NCBI GenBank assembly: GCA_963733065.1
Contig: CAVTBT010000004.1
Span: 271,183 to 335,182 of the forward strand
From: an uncultured Gaiellaceae bacterium
GTDB lineage: Bacteria; Actinomycetota; Thermoleophilia; Gaiellales; Gaiellaceae
Length of the DNA stretch: 64,000 bases
Reading direction: 5' to 3'
Every line of letters starts with the position of its first letter. The stretch's first letter is position 1. Under the pieces are notes generated by a model. That model was not told the origin of the DNA and made no database searches. It worked only from the letters and a program-made list of their open reading frames with translations. Positions 20,440-30,451 of the stretch are shown in pieces. A program made the translations under genes and the position numbers.

Positions 20440-22898
20440 ATGGCCGCCGTGCTGAGGGTCGCGGTCATCGCCGTCATCGCCGTGCTCGGCTTGTCGGCCG
20501 GTGCCCAGGCTCGCTCGGATTCGCCGTCGGGCCCGTTCGTCCAGGTCGTCCTCGCGCTCGACCAGGCGCCGCTGGCCGACGCCGCTCCGGCGCGCACGCT
20601 GGCCGGGCGCGGCCGCGCCGGACGCAAGCTGAGCCTGCGGGCGCCGGCGAGCGTCTCGCACCTGCGGACGCTCGCATCCGCCCAGCGGTCGCTGGAAGAC
20701 CGGCTCGAGGACGCGGTTCCCGGGGCGTCCGTCCGCTGGCGCTACCGCATCGTCGCGAACGGCCTCGCCGTCGTGCTGCCGGCGAGCGAGGTCGGCCGCC
20801 TGTCGAAGGTGCCCGGTGTCGAGGCGGTCTACCCGAGCGTCTCGTACGGACCTGCCCTCGACCGCGCGCCCCAGCAGATCGGAGCGCCGCAGCTGTGGGG
20901 CCAGGATCTGGCGGGCAGCACCGGCGCCGGCCTCAAGATCGGCGTGATCGACACCGGGATCGACCGCGACCACCCGTTCTTCGAACCGTCCTCGTACACG
21001 ATGCCGGGCGGCTTCCCGAAAGGGCAGCGCGCCTACACGAGCGCGAAGGTCATCGCCGCCCGCGCGTTCCCGCCGCCCGGGGCGGACTGGCGCGGAGCCG
21101 CCCTCGCCTTCCACGGCGACGAGTCCGACCACGGCACGCACGTGGCCGGCATCGCGGCCGGGAACGCAAACACCTCCGCGGACGGTGGCACCGGCCGGGT
21201 CCGCGTCTCCGGAGTGGCGCCGGGCGCGTACCTCGGCAACTACAACGCGCTCACGATCCCTAGCCGGTTCGGCCTGAACGGCAACTCACCGGAGCTCGTC
21301 GCGGCAATCGAGGCGGCTGTCGCCGACGGCATGGACGTGATCAACATGTCGCTCGCCGAGGCGGAGATCGAGCCGTCGCGCGACCTCGTGGCCCTCGCGC
21401 TCGACCGCGCGGCGCGCGCCGGAGTCGTGCCGGTCGTGTCGGGCGGCAACAGCTTCGACGAGCTCGGCCAGGGCTCGGTCAACTCCCCGGCGAGCTCCGC
21501 GCAGGCCATCAGCGTCGGCGCCGTGTCGACGACGCGCGGCGGGCCGCCGAACACGATCGCCAGCTTCTCGTCCGCGGGCCCCACCCCGCTCTCGCTGCGG
21601 CTCAAGCCCGACGTCCTCGCGCCGGGCTCCAACATCCTCTCCTCCGTTCCCGGCGGCTGGGAGCTGCTGTCCGGAACGAGCATGTCGAGCCCATGGTCGC
21701 CGGCGCGGCAGCGCTCCTGCGACAGCGTCATCCCGAGTGGTCCGTCGCGCAGCTCAAGTCGGCCCTGACGCTGACTGCGACGGACGCAGCGGGTGGCCTG
21801 CCGGTGACGCGCCAGGGCGGCGGTGTCGTGAGCCTTCCTCGCGCGGACGCCCCGCTTCTGTTCGCCGCGCCGAGCTCACTGTCGTTCGGGCTCGTTCGTC
21901 GAGGCGCCTCCGCAACGCGCGCGATCACGCTCACCGACGCCGGCGGCGGCCCCGCGCCGTGGACCGTCGTCGTGACGCCGGGCCGCTCCCTCCGGGGCGT
22001 GACGATCAGCGCGTCGGCGGCGACAGCCGTCGCACCGGGGACGATTGCGCTGCGGGTCCAGACCACCGCCGGCGCCGAGCAGGGCGAGCTCTCGGGCCGG
22101 CTCGTGCTGACGCGAGGCGCAGACGTGCGCCGGATCCCGTTCTGGTTCCGCGTCACGGCGCCGGCGCTGCCGAAGCCGGCCCGGGCGCTCGCCGGGCCCG
22201 GCGCCTACCGCGGGTCCACGGCCGGACGCCCGGGCCGCGTCTCGACGTACCGCTACCCGGATCGGCCGGCCGACTTCGGGTTCGCCACGACGCTGAACGG
22301 CCCCGAGCAGGTGTTCCGCGTGCGCCTTCAGCGCTCGGCCGTGAACTTCGGGGTCGTGATCACGCAGCGGGCGCCCGGTGTGCGTGTCGAGCCTCGCGTG
22401 GTTTACGCCGGCGACGAGAACCGCCTGACCGGGCTCGCGGGCCTGCCGTTCAACGGCAACCCGTACCTGCGCGGATACGGCGAGGTCGTGCTCGCAGCCG
22501 GCGCGATCCTCCCCAAGGCGGGCAACTACGACGTGGTGTTCGACAGCGGCGCGCGAGCAGGAGCCGGCGCGTTCGCGTTCCGGTTCTGGCTGAACGACAT
22601 CACTCCGCCCGCGCTCGCGCTCGCGAGCCGCACCGCCCGGGCCGGCGAGCTGTCCGTGAGCGTGAGCGATCGCGGCAGCGGCATCGACCCCGCGTCGGTG
22701 CTGGTCGAGGTCGACGGGCGCGAGGTCTCCGGACGACTCGACCAGGGCCGGCTGACCATTCCGGTCTCCGGCCTCCCGGCAGGACGCCACACGCTGCTCG
22801 TCCAGGTCTCCGACTACCAGGAGACCAGGAACATGGAGAACTCAGGCCGCCTGCTGCCGAACACGGGCACGCTGCGGACGACGTTCGCCGTCCAGTAG
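20440..22898 (+). CDS. secreted S8 (subtilisin-like) serine protease with a large C-terminal extension; reading frame broken by a 1-nt deletion at 21690-21692
   Basis: Catalytic motifs are VIDTGID (Asp), HGTHVAGIAAG (His) and GTSMSSP|MVAGAAALL (Ser). The last is split between ORFs 20440-21768 and 21693-22898. Total length equals 3n+2. Confidence 0.8.
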
Positions 22899-22901
22899 CT
22901 C

Positions 22902-23129
22902 CTAGGTCCGGTCCCGCTCCTCGATCGTCGGCAGCGAGTCGAGGTCGCGCTGCACGCTCGCCGCGAACTCGTCCTCGTCCGTGTGCACGACGTGCAGGTT
23001 CGCCTTGCGGCGTTGGCGGTCCCGGCGGCGTCTCGCCTCCGGCCCCAGCACGCCCGACAGCCGCGGCCACTCGGCACCGATCACGACGACGAGGGCCGCG
23101 GCGAGCACGGCGATCCACGGCCAGCTCAC
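22902..23129 (-). CDS. hypothetical small membrane-anchored protein
   Basis: 75-aa ORF with one N-terminal TM segment followed by a charged tail. Confidence 0.4.
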   Translation of the reverse strand: MSWPWIAVLAAALVVVIGAEWPRLSGVLGPEARRRRDRQRRKANLHVVHTDEDEFAASVQRDLDSLPTIEERDRT

Positions 23130-23382
23130 ATCTCTGATTCTAGCCTGGCGACGGGACTCTCACAGCCGCGGCACCGCGAAATGACGCTGCCTGTAAAGGC
23201 GCAGCGCATGCTGCCGATACCCAGGGCATGGGCTTCGGACTCACGTGCATGTACCTCGCGCTCGCCGCAGTGCTGGTACGCGCTCTCGCACTGAAGCTCC
23301 GGCTCGGTTCTCCGACGTGTGCGCGCTGCGGACTGACGTTCGAGCGACGCGCGCTCGGCGAGCCGGTCTGCCACTGCGAGCG

Positions 23383-23982
23383 CTAGCGGGAGCCGGGCGG
23401 CTGGAACGCCTCCCGGGCCCGCTCGGCGCCCTCTCGCGCGTCGCAGCCCTCGATGTGGTCGTTGACGAGACCCATCGCCTGCATGAACGCGTACACGGTC
23501 GTCGGGCCGACGAACCGCCAGCCGCGCCGCTTGAGGTCCTTCGCCAGCGCGACGGATTCGGGCGTCTGCGCCAACTCGAGGAGCGCCGCGTGAGTGACCC
23601 GCGGCGGGCGCGAGGCCGGATCCGGCTCGAAGCGCCAGACGTACGCTGCGAGTGATCCCTCCGCCTCGACGAGCTCGACGGCGCGGCGGGCGTTGTTCAC
23701 CGTCGACTCGATCTTGCCGCGGTGGCGGACGATCGACGCGTCTTCGAGCAGGCGCTGCACGTCCCGCTCGCCGAAGGTCGCGACCGCCTCGAAGTCGAAG
23801 CCGGCGAACGCGCGCCGGAACGCGTCGCGCTTGCGCAGGATCGTGAGCCACGAGAGCCCGGACTGGAAGCCCTCGAGGCAGAGCTTCTCGAACAACCGCC
23901 GGTCGTCCGCGACCGGGAAGCCCCACTCGGCGTCGTGGTAGGCGCGGTACTCGTCGGTCGAGTCGCCCCACGAGCAGCGCAC
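23383..23982 (-). CDS. tag: DNA-3-methyladenine glycosylase I
   Basis: Reads (M)RCSWGDSTDEYRAYHDAEWGFP..LEGFQSGLSWLTIL..VGPTTVYAFMQAMGLVNDH. Start is GTG at 23982. Confidence 0.85.
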   Translation of the reverse strand: MRCSWGDSTDEYRAYHDAEWGFPVADDRRLFEKLCLEGFQSGLSWLTILRKRDAFRRAFAGFDFEAVATFGERDVQRLLEDASIVRHRGKIESTVNNARRAVELVEAEGSLAAYVWRFEPDPASRPPRVTHAALLELAQTPESVALAKDLKRRGWRFVGPTTVYAFMQAMGLVNDHIEGCDAREGAERAREAFQPPGSR

Positions 23983-24014
23983 GACACCGTCCGCGCCACG
24001 GGCGAGACCGTCGG

Positions 24015-24986
24015 TCAGGGCAGCGTCGCGAGATACCGGGCTGCCCGCGCCTCCTTGCGGTAGAGCGCGAGGCCGCGCGGCTTCGAGCGCAGCTCGTAGA
24101 CACCGCTGCCGCCGCTCCAGCCCTTGTTGAAGTAGACGAGGCCGATCGTCCGCGGATGGGAGGCCACCCACGCGAACATGCGACGCGCGAACTCGACGTC
24201 GTCCTCCGCCTCGAGCGCCCACTCGGCGACGAGATACGGCTTGCCGAAGGCGTACAGCTTGTCCATGCCCTGCCAGGACGGCTCGCCGCTGTCCGAGTAC
24301 ATGTCGTTCGCGACGATGTCCACGTAGCCGGGGCCGGGCCAGTACGCGCTCGGCTCGTTCGCGGCGATGAACGGCGTCCCGTGGCCCTGGGGGTTCCAGA
24401 CGATCGCGACCTTGCCGGAGGGTGCGACATCGGCGCGAGCCCGGAGCTTCGGCAGGCCGGCTGCCGCCAGCCGGCGGTCCACCGCCGCCGCCGATCCGCC
24501 GCGCAGGATCACGGCGATGCGCCGGAACGCCCGCACGAAGGCGGCCGTCGAGCGCTTCGCGCCGCGCGGGCGGCCGGACGCGTCGAACGCGCACCAGGAG
24601 TTCCACTCGCCGTTCATCTCCGGCAGCGGCCGCAGCCAGACGTCCTGCCCGAGCCCGTGCACCTGACGCGAGAGCCCGACGAGCCAGGCGTCCTCGGCGC
24701 CGGCCGCGATATCGGCCGGGGCGACCTCGGACGGCAGCGACAGGATCGGTAGGCGCCCGGCCTCGTGCTCACGGGTGATCAGCTCTGTCACGTCGCTCCG
24801 GAAGGCGCCGAAGACGAGGTGCAGCGCGTGGTGCTTGCCCGTCAGGCGGTCGAAGCCGTCCGGATCCGGGCCGACCATGCCCAGCAGGACCTTGCCGGGG
24901 GGCGGCTTGCCCGGGATGGCCGCTCCGGCAGCGGCGGCGACGAGCAGGAACACCGACAGCGACGCGGCCACCGCAATCCGACGCAC
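24015..24986 (-). CDS. secreted glycoside hydrolase, GH26-like
   Basis: Has a signal peptide. Contains WLRPLPEMNGEWN and PYLVAEWAL motifs (GH26-type catalytic Glu contexts). Confidence 0.55.
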   Translation of the reverse strand: MRRIAVAASLSVFLLVAAAAGAAIPGKPPPGKVLLGMVGPDPDGFDRLTGKHHALHLVFGAFRSDVTELITREHEAGRLPILSLPSEVAPADIAAGAEDAWLVGLSRQVHGLGQDVWLRPLPEMNGEWNSWCAFDASGRPRGAKRSTAAFVRAFRRIAVILRGGSAAAVDRRLAAAGLPKLRARADVAPSGKVAIVWNPQGHGTPFIAANEPSAYWPGPGYVDIVANDMYSDSGEPSWQGMDKLYAFGKPYLVAEWALEAEDDVEFARRMFAWVASHPRTIGLVYFNKGWSGGSGVYELRSKPRGLALYRKEARAARYLATLP

Positions 24987-24995
24987 CGCCGGAGG

Positions 24996-26108
24996 CTACC
25001 GCTGTGCTGCCCTGTTGCCTAGCCCGCCACCTCGAAGACCCGCATCGGCAGGCCGGACAGCGGTTCGCCGCCCGTGCTCGGTGACGAGCCACGTGTCCTG
25101 CATGTACAGGCAGTCGCGGCCGTTCTCGGCGATCGCATGCGGGTGCATCGAGAAGACCATGCCGGCCTCGAGCTCCGTCTCGACGCCCTCGCCGATCTTC
25201 GGGTGCTCGATCATCGTCATGCCGATCGAGTGGCCGGTGACGTGCCCCAGGTGGTAGCCGCGCTCCGTGAAGCCGGCCGAGACGGCCCGGTGCACGTCGT
25301 GGGCGGTGGCGCCGGGTCGCATCGCGCCGAGCGCGGCCTCGTGGTACTCGACGTAGGCGTCGAGCATGCGGCCGACCTCGCCGTTGGCCCGGCCGATCGC
25401 CCGCGAGACCTCGACCCAGTGCATGCCCGGGCCGGCGATCTCGAGCGACGGCAGGACGAACTCGCCGAGCGCAGCCTCCTTCTTGGCGATGGCGAACTCC
25501 GGGCCGACGAGCACCATGTTCATCGTCAGGCGGCCGCAGCCCTGCTCGACGAAGACACGCTCGGCCGCCGCCATGACCTCACCGGCCGGGCGCCCGGGCC
25601 GATACTCGGCGAGGAAAGCGTCGAAGCCCGCTTCGTTGATGCGGACGCTGTCGCGAACCGACGCCAGCTCGGCATCGCTCTTCACCGCCCGCGCGAGGTC
25701 GAACTCCTCGTCGAACGGCACGAGCTCGAGGCCGTCGACGCTCTCGAGCGCACGGTAGTCGCGCACGGTCATCACGTAGTCGAGCCCGTACACGCCGACC
25801 CGTCGCCAGCCGGCGTCGCGCGCGCGCAGTGCGATCGCCTCCCCGGGCCGGTCGTGGAACACCTGCTCGATACGGGCGGTGCCGTGCTCCCCGACGTAGC
25901 GCGCCTCGCTGGGGAAGACGACGATCGGGTCGCCCTCGGCGGGAACGACGACGTAGGCGTACCTGTGCACGATCTGAAAGCCCGTGAGGTACGTGACCGC
26001 GCCCTCGAAGCCGGTGTACTCGCTGCCGGAGACCACCAGCGCGTCCAGCCCGTGCGCCTCCATCGCGCGGCGAACGTTTGCGTACCGGCGCGCTAGCTCG
26101 GTGTCCAT
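24996..26108 (-). CDS. M24 family metallohydrolase (Xaa-Pro peptidase / creatinase-like); probable +1 frameshift in the last ~20 codons
   Basis: Starts MDTELARRYANVRRAMEAHGLDALVV. Pita-bread motifs are present (HGTGHSIGM-like HVTGHSIGMTMIEHP). Removing one G/C at 25071-25073 gives the family-typical end ..TEHGGEPLSGLPMRVFEVAG* (stop at 25019). Confidence 0.75.
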   Translation of the reverse strand: MDTELARRYANVRRAMEAHGLDALVVSGSEYTGFEGAVTYLTGFQIVHRYAYVVVPAEGDPIVVFPSEARYVGEHGTARIEQVFHDRPGEAIALRARDAGWRRVGVYGLDYVMTVRDYRALESVDGLELVPFDEEFDLARAVKSDAELASVRDSVRINEAGFDAFLAEYRPGRPAGEVMAAAERVFVEQGCGRLTMNMVLVGPEFAIAKKEAALGEFVLPSLEIAGPGMHWVEVSRAIGRANGEVGRMLDAYVEYHEAALGAMRPGATAHDVHRAVSAGFTERGYHLGHVTGHSIGMTMIEHPKIGEGVETELEAGMVFSMHPHAIAENGRDCLYMQDTWLVTEHGRRTAVRPADAGLRGGGLGNRAAQR

Positions 26109-27016
26109 GACGCTTCTACCCCCTTGATCAGCGCCGCGACGGCGTCGTTGAGCGGCGTCGGCACACCGTGCTCGCGGCCGAAGCGCGCGATGCCGCCGTT
26201 CAGGAAGTCCACCTCGGTTGCTCGGCAGGCCTCGACGTCCTGGAGCATCGAGGCCTTGTGGTCGTACGCCACCTCCCGCTTCGCAGCGTGGTCGATGAGC
26301 GCCTCGGGATCGGCGTCCAGCTCGATGCCCTGGGCGGCCGCCACGGCCTTGCCCTCGTCGACGAGCCCGCTGACGAGCCGCCGCAGCGCCGGGTTCTCGC
26401 AGACGCGGCCGTGCGTGAGGCCGGTGAGGGCGCCGACCGGGTTCGTCGAGGCGTTGAAGATCACCTTCCGCCACTGCGCCGGCCGGGCATCCGGGACTGC
26501 CGCCGCGGGCATGCCCGCACGCGTGCAGGCCTCCGCCAGCCGCTCGATCTCGTCGCTCCGTGCCGGGCGCGGCTCGAACGGCCCGAAGGTCGTGTCGCCC
26601 TTGACGTCCCACTGCACGTGTCCCGGGCCGAGCAGCTTCCCGGCCGGGAACGTCGTCCCGCGGATCACGCGCGGCACGTGCGCGGCGAGCACCTCCTCGT
26701 TGCCGACGCCGTTCTGAACGGTCGCGAGGGCGCCGTCCGCGAACGCGTGCGCGGTCGCCTCGACGGCGGCCGCGGTGTGCATCGCCTTCGTGGCGACGAT
26801 GCCGAGCTCGCAGGGCGGCAGCTCGGCGGCGTCCCAGGTCGCCCTGGGCCGGCCGACCACGTCGCCCGCGCCGGAGAGACGCAGGCCGGAGGCGTTGATC
26901 GCGTCCACGTGCTCGCGGTACTGGTCGTACGCCCACACCTCGACGTCGTCGAGCGTGGCGAGGTTCGCCGCGAACAGCGATCCGACAGCCCCGCAGCCGA
27001 CCACGCAGATCCTCAT
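26093..27016 (-). CDS. 2-dehydropantoate 2-reductase family oxidoreductase (PanE/ApbA-like), copy 1
   Basis: Contains MRICVVGCGAVGSLFA (Rossmann fold), ..ATKA.., ..SMLQD...R.TEVD..NG.. It overlaps livM by ATGA. Confidence 0.78.
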   Translation of the reverse strand: MRICVVGCGAVGSLFAANLATLDDVEVWAYDQYREHVDAINASGLRLSGAGDVVGRPRATWDAAELPPCELGIVATKAMHTAAAVEATAHAFADGALATVQNGVGNEEVLAAHVPRVIRGTTFPAGKLLGPGHVQWDVKGDTTFGPFEPRPARSDEIERLAEACTRAGMPAAAVPDARPAQWRKVIFNASTNPVGALTGLTHGRVCENPALRRLVSGLVDEGKAVAAAQGIELDADPEALIDHAAKREVAYDHKASMLQDVEACRATEVDFLNGGIARFGREHGVPTPLNDAVAALIKGVEASWTPS

Positions 27017-28059
27017 GCGGTCGCCTCCTGGGTCGCAGGCCCGGGCCGACGGCGCGGTCCGCGGGGCAGCCGCAGCTCCCGCCCACCCGTGAGCCCGGAC
27101 GGCCGCAGGATGAGCACGAGCGCCATCAGGCCGGCGATGACGATGAGACGTGTTCCCGTCGGCAGGTTCAGGTCGACGCCCACGACGCTGACGCCCTGCT
27201 CGGCCTCGCCGAGGAAGGCGTCCACGCCGCTCACGACGAGCGCACCGACGACCGCGCCCCACAGGCTCGACACGCCCCCGACGACGAGCATCGCCAGGGT
27301 CAGGAACGTGAACTCGAGGTACACCTGCTCGGTCGTGATCGAGCCGAGGAAGTGCACGTACAGGCCTCCGGCGAAGCCCGCGAGCGTCCCGCTGAGGGTG
27401 AATGCCCACAGCCGCTGCCGGTGCACGGAGATCCCCACCGCCTGGGCGGCAGCGGGATCCTCGCGTGTCGCGCGGAGCTTCCGGCCGAGCGGGCTGCGCT
27501 GGTAGAGGAACGCGCAGGCGACCACGACGATCGCCCCGAGCGTCGCCTGGCGGCCGGTGGTCGTCTCCGGTACGAGTGAGAGCGTCGTCGCGCCGGGGCC
27601 GATCTTCGTCCATTCGCGCAGCAGGTTGTGGGTGATCTCGAGCACGGCGAAGGTCGCGATCCCCGCTGCCAGGCCGGACAGTCGCATGAGCGGCAGCCCG
27701 ACGAGGAGCGCGAACGCGCCGCCCACCGCCGCCGCCAGGAGCAGCGAGGGAACGTTGCCGATCGTGTGGTCGCGGAGGATCGGGAAGAGATCCGGCAGGA
27801 CGCCGGTCTTGGACTCGAGCGGCACCGTCATCACGCCCGCCGCGAACGCCCCGACCGCGACGAAGCTGACCTGACCGAACGAGAGTACGCCAGAGTTGCC
27901 GATGAACACGTAGATGGCGACGACGATCGCCACGGAGACGAGCGCGTTCAGCACGTGGATCTCGGTCGAGCGTGAAACGACGGTCGAGAGCAGTCCGACC
28001 ACCACCACCAGCACGACGGGCCCGAGCAGCTCGACGGCGGTGTCGACGCGGGACCTCAT
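27013..28059 (-). CDS. branched-chain-amino-acid-type ABC transporter permease (LivM family)
   Basis: Polytopic membrane protein. Its operon position and ATGA overlaps match Liv-type transporters. Confidence 0.82.
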   Translation of the reverse strand: MRSRVDTAVELLGPVVLVVVVGLLSTVVSRSTEIHVLNALVSVAIVVAIYVFIGNSGVLSFGQVSFVAVGAFAAGVMTVPLESKTGVLPDLFPILRDHTIGNVPSLLLAAAVGGAFALLVGLPLMRLSGLAAGIATFAVLEITHNLLREWTKIGPGATTLSLVPETTTGRQATLGAIVVVACAFLYQRSPLGRKLRATREDPAAAQAVGISVHRQRLWAFTLSGTLAGFAGGLYVHFLGSITTEQVYLEFTFLTLAMLVVGGVSSLWGAVVGALVVSGVDAFLGEAEQGVSVVGVDLNLPTGTRLIVIAGLMALVLILRPSGLTGGRELRLPRGPRRRPGPATQEATA

Positions 28060-28967
28060 ACGCGCTCCACGAGTGAGCCGCCGCCTCGGGCGAACAGGCC
28101 GGCCGGCCGCAGCAGCAGCACGAGGATGACGAGCGCGAAGACGACCGACGGCAGGAAGACGGTCTTGTCGGTCGGCAGGGCGCCGTTGATGACGCCGATC
28201 GCGAAGCCGATCGAGAAACCACCGAGCGTCGCCGTCCACAGGCGGTCGATCCCACCGAGGACGACGCCGACGAGCACGACGATCGTGTCGCGGAGCGCAA
28301 AGTCCGGGGCGACGAGCGGGAACTGCACGGTGAGGATCACGGCCACAGTGGCCGCGAGCACGCCGGAGAGCAGCACGGCGAACGAGATCACGCTGTCCGC
28401 GCGCACGCCGAGCAGGCGCGCGGTGCGGAAGTCCGTCGCGGCGGCGCGCATGTGCAGGCCGATTCGGGTGCGTCCGAGGAGCAACGCCAGCAGGCCGAGC
28501 GAGACAACGGCCACGACGATCGCCACGATCGTCACCTTGCGGACGTCGACGCCGCCGACCGTGATCGCCTGGTTGAGGGGCGCCACGGACGCGGCGACCT
28601 CGCCGATCGTCTCGTCGCGCGTGTCGATCAGGAGCGCGACGCTCTCCAGCAGGAACGCCACGGCGAAGGTGGTCACGAGCATCACGGCCGGCGACTGCGT
28701 CCGGAGCGGCCGGAAGACCGCACGGTCCATCGCCATCGTCAGAGCGATGACGACCGCGAAGCACGCCGCGACGCTGCCCGCGACCGGCCACGTGGACGTG
28801 AACGCGAGCGTGTAGGCGCCGGCCATGATCAGCTGCCCGTACGCGAAGTTGATGAGCCGCAGCACGCCGAAGACGAGGCCGATGCCGACGGCCATCAGCG
28901 CATAGACCGAGCCGAGCCCGACGGCGTCGACGATGGTCTGGGCGTCGACGGCGGCGACGATGCTCAC
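28056..28967 (-). CDS. branched-chain-amino-acid-type ABC transporter permease (LivH family)
   Basis: 303 aa and polytopic. Contains LINFAYGQLIMAGAY, typical of LivH. Confidence 0.85.
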   Translation of the reverse strand: MSIVAAVDAQTIVDAVGLGSVYALMAVGIGLVFGVLRLINFAYGQLIMAGAYTLAFTSTWPVAGSVAACFAVVIALTMAMDRAVFRPLRTQSPAVMLVTTFAVAFLLESVALLIDTRDETIGEVAASVAPLNQAITVGGVDVRKVTIVAIVVAVVSLGLLALLLGRTRIGLHMRAAATDFRTARLLGVRADSVISFAVLLSGVLAATVAVILTVQFPLVAPDFALRDTIVVLVGVVLGGIDRLWTATLGGFSIGFAIGVINGALPTDKTVFLPSVVFALVILVLLLRPAGLFARGGGSLVERV

Positions 28968-29680
28968 GAGAGGTAGGCGGCCACCATCCGCTCCGTGTCG
29001 CCGGCGTCGGCCTGGGTCAGGGTCAGCCGGAGCTCGCCGTTCGCGATCAGGTACGTCCGGTCCGCGAGGGCGACGGTCCGCTGCGCGCGCTGCTCGACGA
29101 GCAGCACGGTGACACCTCGTGCGCGGATCGTGCCGAGCGCCTCGAAGACGACGTCCACGAGCCCCGGCGCGAGCCCGAGCGACGGCTCGTCGAGCAGGAG
29201 CACGTCCGGGCTGGCGACGAGCGCCCGCGCGATCGCGAGCTGCTGCTGCTGGCCGCCGGACAGCGCGCCGGCAGGCCGGCGCCGGAACTCGCGGACGACC
29301 GGGAAGAGCTCGTGGACGGCCTCGACGTCTGCGTCGACACCGGCACGCGAGCGGCGGCCGGCGAGGCCTAGGCGAAGGTTCTCCTCCACGGTCATGCTCG
29401 CGAAGATCCGGCGGCCTTCCGGCACGAGCGCTACGCCTGAGCGCGCGACCGCCTCCGGCGACTTGCCGCGGGTGGACACGCCGCCGAGCCGGATCTCGCC
29501 GGCGTGATGCGGGACGAGGCCCATGATCGCGTGCAGCGTCGTGGACTTGCCCGCGCCGTTCGGGCCGATCAGGCCCACGATCTCGCCTCGCCGGGCCTCG
29601 AACGACAGCCCGCGCACCGCGGCGACCGCCCCGTGCCGAACGCCGAGGTCACGCACCTCCAGGACGGCGGCGTCAGTCAT
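28964..29680 (-). CDS. ABC transporter ATP-binding protein (LivF family)
   Basis: Contains Walker A GPNGAGKST, signature LSGGQQQ and Walker B LLLDEPS. Confidence 0.9.
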   Translation of the reverse strand: MTDAAVLEVRDLGVRHGAVAAVRGLSFEARRGEIVGLIGPNGAGKSTTLHAIMGLVPHHAGEIRLGGVSTRGKSPEAVARSGVALVPEGRRIFASMTVEENLRLGLAGRRSRAGVDADVEAVHELFPVVREFRRRPAGALSGGQQQQLAIARALVASPDVLLLDEPSLGLAPGLVDVVFEALGTIRARGVTVLLVEQRAQRTVALADRTYLIANGELRLTLTQADAGDTERMVAAYLS

Positions 29681-30443
29681 CGTGCACCGCGCTCTCGCCC
29701 AGGTAGGCGGCGCCGACGTCCAGGTTCGCCCGTACCTCGGCCGGCGTGCCCTCGGCCAGCGTGCGGCCCTGGTCGAGCACGTGGATCCGGTCGCAGACCT
29801 CCATCACGAGCGCCATGTTGTGGTCGATCAGCAGCACGCCGGCGTTGTGCTCGTCACGGACGGAGCGCACGACGGCGGCGAAGTCCGGCACCTCCGCCTC
29901 AGGGAGCCCCGCCGCGGGCTCGTCCATGAGCACGAACCGCGGCTCCGTTGCCAGCGCCCTCGCGACGCCGAGACGCCGCTCGTCGCCATGGGCAAGCGTG
30001 CCCGCCGATGCGTCCGCGTAGCCGTCCAGACCGAGCAGGCCGAGCAGCTCGTCGGCCCGCGCCCGCGCGGCGCGCGGCCGGGAGCCGACACCGAGGGCCG
30101 CCACCTCCACGTTCTCGCGCACGGACAGCCCCGCGAAGGAGCGGCTGTGCTGGAACGTCCGGGCGAGCCCGGCCCGGCCGCGCCGGTGTGCGCTCCAGCC
30201 GGTGATCTCGCGCTCGCCGAGCTCGACGCGCCCGCTGCTCGGCGCGTCGAAGCCCGAGAGGAGGTTGACGAGCGTCGACTTGCCCGCTCCGTTCGGCCCG
30301 ATCAGGCCGACGACTTCGTGGCGCCGCAGCTCGAGAGTGACGCCGTCGAGGGCGCGTACCCCCTGGAACGAGCGCGAGACGGCGGAGGCCCGGAGGGTCT
30401 CTCCGGGCCTCCTTTCCGACTCAGGTGCGAGCGTCTGCGTCAA
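29673..30443 (-). CDS. ABC transporter ATP-binding protein (LivG family)
   Basis: Contains GPNGAGKSTLVNLL, a signature-like region and FVLMDEPAAGL. Confidence 0.9.
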   Translation of the reverse strand: MTQTLAPESERRPGETLRASAVSRSFQGVRALDGVTLELRRHEVVGLIGPNGAGKSTLVNLLSGFDAPSSGRVELGEREITGWSAHRRGRAGLARTFQHSRSFAGLSVRENVEVAALGVGSRPRAARARADELLGLLGLDGYADASAGTLAHGDERRLGVARALATEPRFVLMDEPAAGLPEAEVPDFAAVVRSVRDEHNAGVLLIDHNMALVMEVCDRIHVLDQGRTLAEGTPAEVRANLDVGAAYLGESAVHDD

Positions 30444-30451
30444 GCGACGTC

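Noticed and set aside
20217-21263. 348-aa plus-strand ORF spanning tRNA-Leu and the 5' part of the protease gene
   Set aside because: It is out of frame with the motif-bearing S8 protease ORF and overlaps a tRNA. Its composition is Arg/Pro/Ala-rich.
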